Under the pieces are notes generated by a model. It ran no database searches. It had not been told where the DNA came from and saw only the letters and a list, made by a program, of their open reading frames with translations. A stretch of 64,000 nucleotides of DNA from a virus (lineage: Duplodnaviria; Caudoviricetes), in IMG/VR virus record IMGVR_UViG_3300037400_001189, positions 11,007 to 75,006 of that record; one strand, written 5' to 3'. Shown piece after piece: positions 16,746 through 25,590 of this stretch; within the stretch, counting starts at the first letter, position 1, and each line of letters opens with the position of its first letter. A program made the translations under genes and the position numbers.

Positions 16746-18956
16746 CTACTCCTGCCAGTTCCATCTGGATATCTGCCTCTCTAAAGCCAGCAGCCTGTCT
16801 TCAGGAAAAGGCTTTACCCAGTAGGAACTGATTTGATGAACAAGATCTAGTGCATAGTTCAAGTCTGCTCCAAGCTCTCTTGCATACTTTACAGCCCATA
16901 TAAGCTTTCTGGAGCCTTCTCCATCCTTAGCCTGAAATGCCTGTTCAAAGGTGCTTAATGGATTCTCAAGCATCTTGCTACAGGAACTTTTTGTAGGAGC
17001 TTTCTTAGGAGCTACAGGCTGTGCAGCAAGAAGATCTAGTACAGGCTTTACGTCAAATGGTTCTGCTTCCAGATTCTCCAAGAGAGTGAAAGCAGACTTT
17101 GCATAGCTGAAGAATATCTGGCTCTTTGGAAGCAAATCGCAGTTTAGTCCCAGTTCATTGGATACCAGTTCAAGAAACAGTCTCCATTGAATGTCTGGAA
17201 CATCTATTACGCAGGACAGTTCCAGCAGCACTCTATACTTGCTTTCATTGTCTGGATTGGATGTACGGCATATGAAATGCCTTATGTCTCCTAGAAGCAG
17301 ATGGGCTTCTGCATCAACTATTTCTGAATCGTCAATGTCAAGTACAAGCCATTTAGTTCCTCCTTCTATATTCTCTTTAGATCTTACTCCATTGGAGAAT
17401 ACAAAGTTTGAATAGGCAAAGTCTCCCTGAAGAAGATTCTTCAAATCCTTGAATTCCACCTCTTCAGATTGATAGCCCATAGCTACCTTGGTAGCTCTCT
17501 GCTGCTTGGTTCCAGATGCTTCTACATATGATACTGTAAGATACAGGGGCTTCTGCAGTTCTTCATAGAATACTTCATCTCCCTTGACAGTATAGGCTCC
17601 ATCCTTGTCGAATGAATTAGCAAGCTTAACCAGCTCTTTCATTTGAGTAGTAGAGCTTCCTTTTAAAGAGATAAATCCATGCTTTCTTAGATTATGCAGA
17701 GACATACTGTATCTGCCATCTAAAGCATACATTCTACAGTAGCTTGTAAAGAGTTCATATGGTTCCTTGACAAGCTCCTTTTCGAACAATCCTATGTCTT
17801 CAGAGATAAGCTCTACATAGCTGACTGCCTGTATGTAGTGTTCCTGCATGATAGTTGGAGAATACTCCAGAAGAGCCAATGCTCCAGCAAGCTTGAATGC
17901 CTTCCAGTACATGTGCTGTCTGCACAGCTTTGCAATAGGAAACATTGAGTTCATTGGCTTAGCCATTTCCTCGCAGTACTGCTTGTATAGAGTGCATAGC
18001 TCTCTGGCTTCCTTTGACACTGTTAAACAGGAGAATGGACAGGAAACTAGATCAACAGTGAGAGAATCTATGAACGTAGACAGTCTCTCTCTGCTTTCCT
18101 TTGCCTTGTCTTCCATAGCTGTCTGTGCAGCAAGAAGCTCGTCTACAGAATTGTAGTCTAGAACTTCTTCCTGATCATTGGCGAATATGAAGAAGGATCT
18201 TCTGGCAAGTTTAGTAGTGAATTGATCCTTAAACTTTCTTTTAATAGATTCATCAAACAGAAGATGGTCAGGGGATGATATGAACAATGCTGAGACGGGA
18301 AGATTCTTTATTTCCTTTCCCTGACGTTCTCTGTCCTTCAAGATTTTAACTTCCTTAGTTCCTTCATCATAGAGTTCAGAAATGATCTTGCACATTTCCA
18401 CCATATTGGCATTGGATTCCAGTTCCTGTCCAAATTCTCCTGAATATATGTAGCCTGCTCCCATAGGATTCTCAGCCAAGTCATTTAGATGCTGAAGAAA
18501 TCCTTCAGGAGTGGAAACAGCTACAAACAATGGATTAGGAGGCACTAAGAATTCCTTGTAGACTGAAAAGTCATTTGGATTTCTTTTACCTGCCTCCTTG
18601 GCTGCTTCCTTTGCATGTATCCTAGCAAAGTCAGCACGGTATTCATTTATTTTCTCATAGCTAGACTGAAAGCATTTCCGTGCATTTCGCAGAGAAGAAT
18701 CTTTTGCTGCACCAGACTTGGCAATGCAGAAGGTAATGGCATTCACTGGTATCATGCTGTCGTTCCAGTGCCTGATGTTGATGCGGAACTGGGAAGCATA
18801 CAGCATCAGTTCAGACACTGCAATGGCAGTCTTCATCCGATAGGGAAGAGTGGTAGTTGGAATGGAATCTGCCACTGCCTTTACAATTTCAGGAAGCTCT
18901 CCACTGAATGCTCCACGGCTGTAGAGTTCCTTTTCAAGCATGTCCAGCATGTTCAT
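16746..18956 (-). CDS. DNA primase (N4 gp43-like; DUF3987/P-loop N-terminus, AEP-type C-terminus)
   Basis: AKSGAAKDS, ELYD, WLVLDIDD, RTSNPDNESKYRVLL and a PriCT-like tail. Confidence 0.7.
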   Translation of the reverse strand: MNMLDMLEKELYSRGAFSGELPEIVKAVADSIPTTTLPYRMKTAIAVSELMLYASQFRINIRHWNDSMIPVNAITFCIAKSGAAKDSSLRNARKCFQSSYEKINEYRADFARIHAKEAAKEAGKRNPNDFSVYKEFLVPPNPLFVAVSTPEGFLQHLNDLAENPMGAGYIYSGEFGQELESNANMVEMCKIISELYDEGTKEVKILKDRERQGKEIKNLPVSALFISSPDHLLFDESIKRKFKDQFTTKLARRSFFIFANDQEEVLDYNSVDELLAAQTAMEDKAKESRERLSTFIDSLTVDLVSCPFSCLTVSKEARELCTLYKQYCEEMAKPMNSMFPIAKLCRQHMYWKAFKLAGALALLEYSPTIMQEHYIQAVSYVELISEDIGLFEKELVKEPYELFTSYCRMYALDGRYSMSLHNLRKHGFISLKGSSTTQMKELVKLANSFDKDGAYTVKGDEVFYEELQKPLYLTVSYVEASGTKQQRATKVAMGYQSEEVEFKDLKNLLQGDFAYSNFVFSNGVRSKENIEGGTKWLVLDIDDSEIVDAEAHLLLGDIRHFICRTSNPDNESKYRVLLELSCVIDVPDIQWRLFLELVSNELGLNCDLLPKSQIFFSYAKSAFTLLENLEAEPFDVKPVLDLLAAQPVAPKKAPTKSSCSKMLENPLSTFEQAFQAKDGEGSRKLIWAVKYARELGADLNYALDLVHQISSYWVKPFPEDRLLALERQISRWNWQE

Positions 18957-18958
18957 GT

Positions 18959-19546
18959 CTACACCTCATATGCCACAATAAAGTCTCTATTTACAAACTT
19001 TCCTGATTCAAATTTGGACATGTAGTAGAGAAGCTCTTCAAGACGTTCTGCTATGGAAAACTCTTCTTTAGGCTTCAGCTTAAGATGACGGCTAAGATAC
19101 CTTACATATTCACGGTTTCCTCCACAGAACCTTTTTATCACTCCTTCAAGAGTCTTGATTCCATGTCTCCTTTCATAGTTAAGAAGAGTAATGGCTCCTG
19201 CTCTAAGTCCATAGTGAAGATTCTTGAAGACAATATGCTTGTACTTGTCTACTCCTATCTGTCCCTTCCACTTCTTTCCATTGACATCAACCTTGATGTT
19301 CAATGGATTATTGTTCTGGCAGGAAAGAGTTCCTTCTTTGCCAGCCTTGTAGGAAAGCAGAATAGCTCTTTCTTCATCAGTAACTCCAACTGTTCTAGTG
19401 ACAATTTTTGGAGCTTGAGGAACACTGAGCTTTGCGATGGCATTCTCTGCTTTAGTAATCTTTGAAAACCATTGAAGTTCATGGACACTCAAGAATCCAA
19501 GAACAATAAGAACCATCACTAATTTAAATTTCCAGTTGGATTTCAT
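18959..19546 (-). CDS. Membrane-anchored lysozyme-like protein (NNPxNI family)
   Basis: N-terminal hydrophobic helix, then QNNNPLNIK...FKNLHYGLRAG...IKTLEGVIKRF. Confidence 0.5.
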   Translation of the reverse strand: MKSNWKFKLVMVLIVLGFLSVHELQWFSKITKAENAIAKLSVPQAPKIVTRTVGVTDEERAILLSYKAGKEGTLSCQNNNPLNIKVDVNGKKWKGQIGVDKYKHIVFKNLHYGLRAGAITLLNYERRHGIKTLEGVIKRFCGGNREYVRYLSRHLKLKPKEEFSIAERLEELLYYMSKFESGKFVNRDFIVAYEV

Positions 19547-19555
19547 TTCAGTCTC

Positions 19556-19792
19556 CTAGTCTGAATCTGATATGAAAAGCTTTTTCCAGTCTTCTTCTGT
19601 TATGGTAAGACATTCCCTTTCCAGTTCATCAGGAAAGGGACAGTTAAATACTTCACCTAAAGGACAATGCTTTTCCCATTTTCTTTTCTGCTCATTCTGG
19701 CCTTCCAGAAGCTGCTCTCCAAATGCATGACATCTCTTGTAGAGCATTTGTGCAGAAAATGGAGTTGGACATGCTACATAGTTCATAGTCAT
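19556..19792 (-). CDS. Small Cys-rich hypothetical protein
   Basis: 78-aa ORF containing HCPLGEVFNCPF. Confidence 0.6.
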   Translation of the reverse strand: MTMNYVACPTPFSAQMLYKRCHAFGEQLLEGQNEQKRKWEKHCPLGEVFNCPFPDELERECLTITEEDWKKLFISDSD

Positions 19793-19855
19793 CCTTTGCA
19801 GCTCTCTCTGTCCTAGGAGGTATTCAATGAACTCTCTCTAGGACAGGAGGCACTG

Positions 19856-20497
19856 CTATTTAAACTTGCATCCAGATACTTCAGTGCATGCATCGCAGTT
19901 GGGTCTGCACAATTCATGCACAGATGGGTAGATTTCCTTGATGGATTCTCTCAACAGTCCAAACAGATCTCTTATCTCTTTCTGTGCTCTAAGGCATAGC
20001 CTTAGCTTGCAGATTTCAACAAAAGCTCTGGCATTCATGCTGAGAATTAAATTGGTGAGAGTGCAGTTGGGAAGAATATATCTGGCATCTTCAGGCTTTA
20101 TGCCTTCCTTCAGGAAATGTTCATAAGTCTGCTTTATTAGATTAAGCAGTCCAAAATATGTTTTGCTTATTTCATCATCCTTCTGAAAGCATTCAGGCAC
20201 ATGCCATTCAGGACTGTCCATAGCTACATATCTCTGGCTTTCCACTGAAAGAGAAATATGCCTATGCCTAGACAGCTGTGCCAGAAGAGCTCTGGAAACT
20301 CCTCTGACGCTCCATGTCAATGGCAGATGCTCTATTAGAGAGTAATGTCCACTTGCCAGAGCCTTTTCCAGACCAATAACGGAAGGAGTTTCCTTTCCAA
20401 CGCAGTATGATGCTCCCAGCTGTGCAGCTTCTTCGTTTTGATAGCTATATAGAAGTTTTACTTCCATTAGACCTTTTCTCCATGGCATTCTTATCAT
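19856..20497 (-). CDS. thyX: Flavin-dependent thymidylate synthase
   Basis: GHYSLIEH, RHRHISLSVESQRY, EDARYILP and AQKEIR motifs. Confidence 0.93.
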   Translation of the reverse strand: MIRMPWRKGLMEVKLLYSYQNEEAAQLGASYCVGKETPSVIGLEKALASGHYSLIEHLPLTWSVRGVSRALLAQLSRHRHISLSVESQRYVAMDSPEWHVPECFQKDDEISKTYFGLLNLIKQTYEHFLKEGIKPEDARYILPNCTLTNLILSMNARAFVEICKLRLCLRAQKEIRDLFGLLRESIKEIYPSVHELCRPNCDACTEVSGCKFK

Positions 20498-20855
20498 TGT
20501 CTTCTTTTATTACATCCATCATCCATTTGTTGGTAAGTGCAGTTAAAGTTTCGAGAAGGTTGGTTCCCATGGTTGCAACCTTCTCGTTGTTTACCACAGC
20601 CGGGACTATGTACATGGCTGCTAGAAGCTTCGTATCTGGCAAGAGGGTCTTCCCCGCAACCAAAATGCTCAATATCAGCAAAGCACGTTTAGCATGCTTC
20701 CAAAATCCGTCTGGAATGTCAGAACTATCATGGCGATTTAAGAAAACAGCCATTCCAACAGCCCCTATGACTGTAACGGATGCAAATATTGAGAAACCAA
20801 GCACTGCATGAATATTGTCAAGAATGCCTATCAGATACACTTCTAGAGCAGTCAT
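20445..20855 (-). CDS. Membrane protein with 2-3 TM helices
   Basis: Several hydrophobic segments; AGGAGG RBS. Confidence 0.7.
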   Translation of the reverse strand: MTALEVYLIGILDNIHAVLGFSIFASVTVIGAVGMAVFLNRHDSSDIPDGFWKHAKRALLILSILVAGKTLLPDTKLLAAMYIVPAVVNNEKVATMGTNLLETLTALTNKWMMDVIKEDNDKNAMEKRSNGSKTSI

Positions 20856-20863
20856 GCTTCCTC

Positions 20864-21049
20864 CTAGGCTACGGGTAGATCTACTACTAGATCGACATTA
20901 TCGACTTCACCTACAGTTTCATCGCCTTTCTTGCCAATCATGGTAAGATTGGTTTCATCAACTTCAGGAGAATTTGGATTGAGAGATTTAAGCTGGTCAT
21001 TGAGAACCTTGACAAACTGATCTTTGCCAAACCTAACTGATACTTGCAT
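20864..21049 (-). CDS. Small hypothetical protein
   Basis: 61-aa ORF with GGAGG RBS. Confidence 0.65.
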   Translation of the reverse strand: MQVSVRFGKDQFVKVLNDQLKSLNPNSPEVDETNLTMIGKKGDETVGEVDNVDLVVDLPVA

Positions 21050-21050
21050 T

Positions 21051-22031
21051 CTAGCCTCCGTAAGTGCGAATTATTTCGTTCATCTTTCTCATGTAGCGTT
21101 GACAGGTAGACTTCTTGATGCCCATCTTCTTACAAATCTGGGCTTCAGAAAGACCATCTGTCTTAACGTACTTGTACAGATCCTTGTAACGTCCAGTAAG
21201 ATACCTAGGACAGTCATCCTCTTCTGGAAGAAGATCAGATTCCTCTTCATATTCCTCCTCTTCAGCACGAAGAAGATTAGTGTCTCCAATGGTATCATAC
21301 TCTCTGAGCTTCTTCAGCTTAATAGCTTCATTAGCCTTTTCTTCGAGAATAGCCACTGTCTTGTACTTCCTGCACCTTCCCTTAGAGAAGTTGTAGTCGT
21401 CAGGAATGGCTACAATGTCCCTAGGATCAACTTCTACTGCAATGACCGTATCTCCGCTGAAGCAGTTGAGATAGCTGTAGGAGCAGAAGTGAAGGCCATT
21501 GGAGCATGTCCTAGTGCGATCTGTATCGAATTCCTTCTCTTCAGTGTATTGGCCTACTGCATGCTGAGTAGTTCCATCATGGCAGGAAGTAAGATCTGAA
21601 TTCACTCTCTTGTAGGCAATAAGATTGCCTTCTCTAGTGATTTCAAAATCTCCTGCTTCGCAGAATTCATACAGTTCAGTAAGACAGTTGATGAACTTGT
21701 TTTGAAGAATCTTCATCAGGAAAGGCTTTACAGGCTCGATGTCTGCGTTTTCAGAAATCATGCCTCTCTTAACGAGAAGCTTGATAAAGTTGGAAAGCTC
21801 GTTCCTGCTGACGATTTCAGTGCCGTCTTCAGTAACTGGAATTCCATTCTTTACCTTGACAGTGCCAAGAATGATAAGCTTGGTGCTTTCAAAATAGTTT
21901 CGTATGAAAGCTTCATCGTCATTGACTGCAGCTTTATACACCCTGTTGAAATTAGGTTCATCGGAAGAAATGGAATAGAGCTCTCCGTCAAGAACGATGG
22001 TAAGCATTCCGTCTGTCTTGATGTAAGTCAT
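21051..22031 (-). CDS. rIIB: rIIB-like protein
   Basis: LIAYKRV, RTCSNGLHFCS and VDPRDIVAIPDDY...KGRC motifs; follows rIIA; C-terminal HTH. Confidence 0.85.
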   Translation of the reverse strand: MTYIKTDGMLTIVLDGELYSISSDEPNFNRVYKAAVNDDEAFIRNYFESTKLIILGTVKVKNGIPVTEDGTEIVSRNELSNFIKLLVKRGMISENADIEPVKPFLMKILQNKFINCLTELYEFCEAGDFEITREGNLIAYKRVNSDLTSCHDGTTQHAVGQYTEEKEFDTDRTRTCSNGLHFCSYSYLNCFSGDTVIAVEVDPRDIVAIPDDYNFSKGRCRKYKTVAILEEKANEAIKLKKLREYDTIGDTNLLRAEEEEYEEESDLLPEEDDCPRYLTGRYKDLYKYVKTDGLSEAQICKKMGIKKSTCQRYMRKMNEIIRTYGG

Positions 22032-22040
22032 TTGACCTCC

Positions 22041-24359
22041 CTACAGATGGTTTTTGTTGTTTAAAATGAAATTGGCAATCCTGTACTGGTCTTCCTTGCT
22101 AGGAAACCTGTAGCTGCTTCTCCTCTCGGAGAAATAGTTATAAAACTTTGCCAGTCTAGGCAGAATGGCAATGTTTCTGTACTCGCATATCCTGACTGTG
22201 GAAGAACCTTTGAAAAATCTTTCCATTAGGTCTGTCATGCTGTCATACAAGCTATCCAGTGAATTTCTAGCTATCTTTTCTATAAAAGACAGATACATCT
22301 CATGCATTTTATAGATATAGCTGCTTTTCAGTCTTCTTATAAGACTGAGATGCAGCTTTATGCCTCTCTGCCTTCTGATTTCATGATCTTCAGTAAACAT
22401 TTTGCTTACGAAATAAAGTTCAGAGATGTCTACAGAACGAGACTTTATGTACATGGATATGCTCATTGCCTTTACGTCTTCTATCAGCTTGTTAAAGTCC
22501 AAAGGCTTCAATCCCATGTCTAGTGCCTGTTTATAGCCTCTTGAAGACAGAAAAAGAACATGATGCTTGGAATTTACATCATTTATTCCTTTTACATTGA
22601 TGCCTTGATTTGCCAATGCTTCGTCAACTGCAATGTTTCCTTTGGAATTTGTAATCTTGCGGTTGAATAGAAACATAAGGGCTCTAAGGTCTTCAAGATG
22701 TGGACAGTCCTTCTTTAATGCAACTCCAATTACGTTCCAGCTGTTTACCTGCTTTTCCAGAGTAGAATCTCTGAAATACATTGGACATGCATTGTTGTAG
22801 TTGGACATTTCAATAACGCCTACAAGAGTGTTCACAGGAGCAGAAGGAGTTTTTCTTTTTGCTGGAGCACTCTTGAACTTCCTAAGGAAAGTCTTTATCG
22901 GCATTATCTGAATGTCGAAATTAAGCTCTGGAATGCTATTGTAAGTCCAAACTATGTTTTTAAGATACTGAATTGCTTCTTTAGGTTCTATTCCAGTAGC
23001 ACAGGGAATTCCTTTAGTTAAAGCATGTGCACATATTGGATATTCACTGTCATTGGGATGATTAAGCCAACGGTCATAATTAAATCCCTTTACATAGATG
23101 TTCATGTCCTTAAAGTCAGGATAGGTTGACATCTTACGTTTTACCTTGCTCCAGTCAGGATCATTTCCTTTTCCAACAACAATTATCATTGGAATATCAT
23201 CTCTTACGGATGACTCTGAAAGACTGAAATAATCCTTTACATAGCTTTTTATTTCAAACAGTCCTGCTATGTAACCTGTATAGGCAATCTTATGCATTGA
23301 CCTGTCTTTATAGGATTTCTGTACATCTATGGAACTGCTGTCTCTGTAGTATGTGTAAGTACTCAGGAAAGACTTAGTTGGAAAATACTTTTTCCTTAGT
23401 GCTTCAGCTATAGGTTCATGAAGATAGGAATTAAACACGAATGTAGAATGAGGTTCAAATTCGTTAAGAATGTTGGACATTAGTTTTTGAACTGAATTCT
23501 TCATTCTAATGAGATTTCTTTTGTTGGATTCACTTTCTGACAAGGCTTCCCTTGAAGGAACTATTTCAAATGTTCCAATGGGAACTTCCACCACTGCAGT
23601 GAATCCATATAGAGAGATATCTTCCTTGCATTGAAAGATATTCATGCCCTGCTTAATGTAAGGACATGAATTTCTGTATGAACTATTGTCCATAGCAAGT
23701 CTTACCTTGCAGAAGCTGTCTTCATATTCCTTAAAGAATTCTACATATTCTACAGATGCATTGGCTTCTATAGCTTTTCCCAAGTCAGGCTGATACTTAA
23801 CGTACTTGCAGAATTCATAGTAGAAGTCTTTGTCTCCTTCAGGAACAGGGATAGTAATCTTAAGGCCATTGCCTTCATCAGTTTCCTTTTCTCCAATCTT
23901 GGTTACCTTAGGATAGCCATTCATCTTAGCCATAAGATACTTTTTGGAAATTCCATTCTGGAAAGATTCAACCATAAAGCTGTCTCCATAGGCAAATGGA
24001 GACTTGGAACCTAAGCCATAGCAGCCTGTGAATTCATTTGAATCACGCTTAGTGGACTTAAAGAAAGTAGTGTACAGATTGAACACTTCTTCTTCAGACA
24101 GTCCATTGCCGTAGTCCCTGACAATGAATCGGGATTCCATCATGTCTGGAAAGTGGACTTCTATCTTTTTGCTTTCAAGAGTTCCTGCCTCTGCCATTGC
24201 ATCGTAGGCATTTGACAGAATCTCCCTGACGATAGCTAAAGTCGTGTTTGAATACAGCCTTGAAGACAGGATGTCGAAGGCAACTGGACTAGCTTCTATT
24301 CCAAAAGACTTGAAAGTGTTCTGGAAATTGGATTCAGTGGCTGCAGTGGCCAGTAGCAT
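22041..24359 (-). CDS. rIIA: rIIA-like protein (GHKL/HSP90-type ATPase N-terminus)
   Basis: LYSN...IVREILSNAYDA, VRDYGNGLS, STKRDSNE and GLGSKSPFAY motifs. Confidence 0.88.
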   Translation of the reverse strand: MLLATAATESNFQNTFKSFGIEASPVAFDILSSRLYSNTTLAIVREILSNAYDAMAEAGTLESKKIEVHFPDMMESRFIVRDYGNGLSEEEVFNLYTTFFKSTKRDSNEFTGCYGLGSKSPFAYGDSFMVESFQNGISKKYLMAKMNGYPKVTKIGEKETDEGNGLKITIPVPEGDKDFYYEFCKYVKYQPDLGKAIEANASVEYVEFFKEYEDSFCKVRLAMDNSSYRNSCPYIKQGMNIFQCKEDISLYGFTAVVEVPIGTFEIVPSREALSESESNKRNLIRMKNSVQKLMSNILNEFEPHSTFVFNSYLHEPIAEALRKKYFPTKSFLSTYTYYRDSSSIDVQKSYKDRSMHKIAYTGYIAGLFEIKSYVKDYFSLSESSVRDDIPMIIVVGKGNDPDWSKVKRKMSTYPDFKDMNIYVKGFNYDRWLNHPNDSEYPICAHALTKGIPCATGIEPKEAIQYLKNIVWTYNSIPELNFDIQIMPIKTFLRKFKSAPAKRKTPSAPVNTLVGVIEMSNYNNACPMYFRDSTLEKQVNSWNVIGVALKKDCPHLEDLRALMFLFNRKITNSKGNIAVDEALANQGINVKGINDVNSKHHVLFLSSRGYKQALDMGLKPLDFNKLIEDVKAMSISMYIKSRSVDISELYFVSKMFTEDHEIRRQRGIKLHLSLIRRLKSSYIYKMHEMYLSFIEKIARNSLDSLYDSMTDLMERFFKGSSTVRICEYRNIAILPRLAKFYNYFSERRSSYRFPSKEDQYRIANFILNNKNHL

Positions 24360-24400
24360 TTTAAATTCTCCTTTGCAGTTCTAGTGTCTTCTCAATTAAA

Positions 24401-24420
24401 AAGCCTCCTTTCGGAGGCTT
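24401..24420 (-). terminator. Terminator downstream of the tRNA pair
   Basis: AAGCCTCC-GAAA-GGAGGCTT followed by TTTAATT on the minus strand. Confidence 0.75.
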
Positions 24421-24426
24421 GAAATT

Positions 24427-24503
24427 TGGCGGGTCTAGAAGGAGTCGAACCTTCGACCAACAGCTTAGAAGGCTGATGCTCTATCCTACTGAGCTATAGA
24501 CCC
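24427..24503 (-). tRNA. tRNA-Arg(TCT) with CCA
   Basis: Complete cloverleaf: GGGTCTA/TAGACCC acceptor, CTTCTAA loop, TTCGACT T-loop. Confidence 0.93.
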
Positions 24504-24506
24504 TTA

Positions 24507-24590
24507 TGGTACAGGCAGAGGGATTCGAACCCTCATGGCATAAGCCGGAGCATTTTGAGTGCTGTGCGTATTCCATTCCGCCATGCCTGC
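24507..24590 (-). tRNA. tRNA-Leu(CAA) with long variable arm and CCA
   Basis: GCAGGCA/TGCCTGT acceptor, CTCAAAA loop, GGC/GCC variable arm, TTCGAAT T-loop. Confidence 0.92.
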
Positions 24591-24599
24591 ATTGTAATT

Positions 24600-24734
24600 C
24601 TAGTTGTCTCCACCACCTAGATGGAAAAAGAACATGAATGCCATAGCCAGAATTATTGGAGCAAGAATGAAGCAGCAGAACACTCCAGTTCCAGCTATAG
24701 CTGCAGCTATCAAAGTATCAACTATCTGGTTCAT
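24600..24734 (-). CDS. Small single-TM membrane protein
   Basis: MNQIVDTLIAAAIAGTGVFCCFILAPIILAMAFMFFF; start re-called at the ATG with an AGGA RBS. Confidence 0.45.
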   Translation of the reverse strand: MNQIVDTLIAAAIAGTGVFCCFILAPIILAMAFMFFFHLGGGDN

Positions 24735-24903
24735 GATCGTTCCTGCCTGTTCTTTCATTAAATTCAAATTCATCTTCAGGTTCCTCTTCCTCATACTCTC
24801 CGTCTTCGGAATATTCCCATTCAGTACATGGAAAAGGAATTCCCTTTCCCCAAGTGCAGTGTCCATATGTGTTTTCATATGGACATCCCATTCCGTAGCA
24901 CAT
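24718..24903 (-). CDS. Small Cys-rich protein with acidic tail
   Basis: MCYGMGCPYE...C...PC followed by an E/D-rich tail. Confidence 0.55.
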   Translation of the reverse strand: MCYGMGCPYENTYGHCTWGKGIPFPCTEWEYSEDGEYEEEEPEDEFEFNERTGRNDHEPDS

Positions 24904-24912
24904 GGCTTTCTC

Positions 24913-25107
24913 CTATGCTTCAAATCCTTCAACATCTCTCATGAGCTTGTCATGCTTGTACTGGTATCTTGCTTCCTTTCTCATCTTGGCTAAATGCCTT
25001 GCCTCCTTCTGCTTTCGTTCCCGCCTCTGCACTTTCTGCTTCAGCTTGTACTCTTCGTCATCGTCATCAATGTCTTCATAGCAGTCGTAGCGGTAGTAGC
25101 GTGACAT
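24913..25107 (-). CDS. Small hypothetical protein
   Basis: 64-aa ORF with GGAGG RBS. Confidence 0.65.
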   Translation of the reverse strand: MSRYYRYDCYEDIDDDDEEYKLKQKVQRRERKQKEARHLAKMRKEARYQYKHDKLMRDVEGFEA

Positions 25108-25482
25108 CTAGTCCTCCTTCAGTTTTACGATTTCGCCTTCTTCGTTAGTATAGAAGACGTTCTTTATTCCTATGTAGTTCATCAGCTTTCTGCACATCTC
25201 GCATGGACATGCATTGCCAAGCCTTTCCTCAGCCCTGCTTATCTTCACGACAAGCATGGAGCAGCCTTTCAGCTTCTTCCATTCCAAACCAAGTAATGCA
25301 GACTGTTCCGCATGTAAAGAGTTCTCGTAGTTTTTATGTTTGAGGGAAGAGGAACGTATCTGGTTCCAGCCAGTAGACAGAATCCTCTTTCCCTTAAACA
25401 CGACAGCTCCAAGTTTAACCCTGTAGGTGGATTTCCTAGCAGCTTCTATGGCTGCATGGAGTATGCCTGTAGACAGTGCCAT
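25108..25482 (-). CDS. Cytidine/dCMP deaminase family protein
   Basis: Zn-binding HAE and PCEMC motifs; KLGAVV...STGWN. Confidence 0.85.
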   Translation of the reverse strand: MALSTGILHAAIEAARKSTYRVKLGAVVFKGKRILSTGWNQIRSSSLKHKNYENSLHAEQSALLGLEWKKLKGCSMLVVKISRAEERLGNACPCEMCRKLMNYIGIKNVFYTNEEGEIVKLKED

Positions 25483-25590
25483 GGATATGCCCTAATTTTG
25501 CACGAGGATGGCTTCTCCTGCATTTCTTTTAGCTTCATGGATGATTTATCCTGAAACTTCAGGAAATGCCTTAGAGAGCCTTCTAGGGGC

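Noticed and set aside
24600-24935. 111-aa ORF as called in the track
   Set aside because: Its 5' half overlaps two better-supported ORFs; only the 3' TM-coding part with its own RBS was kept.
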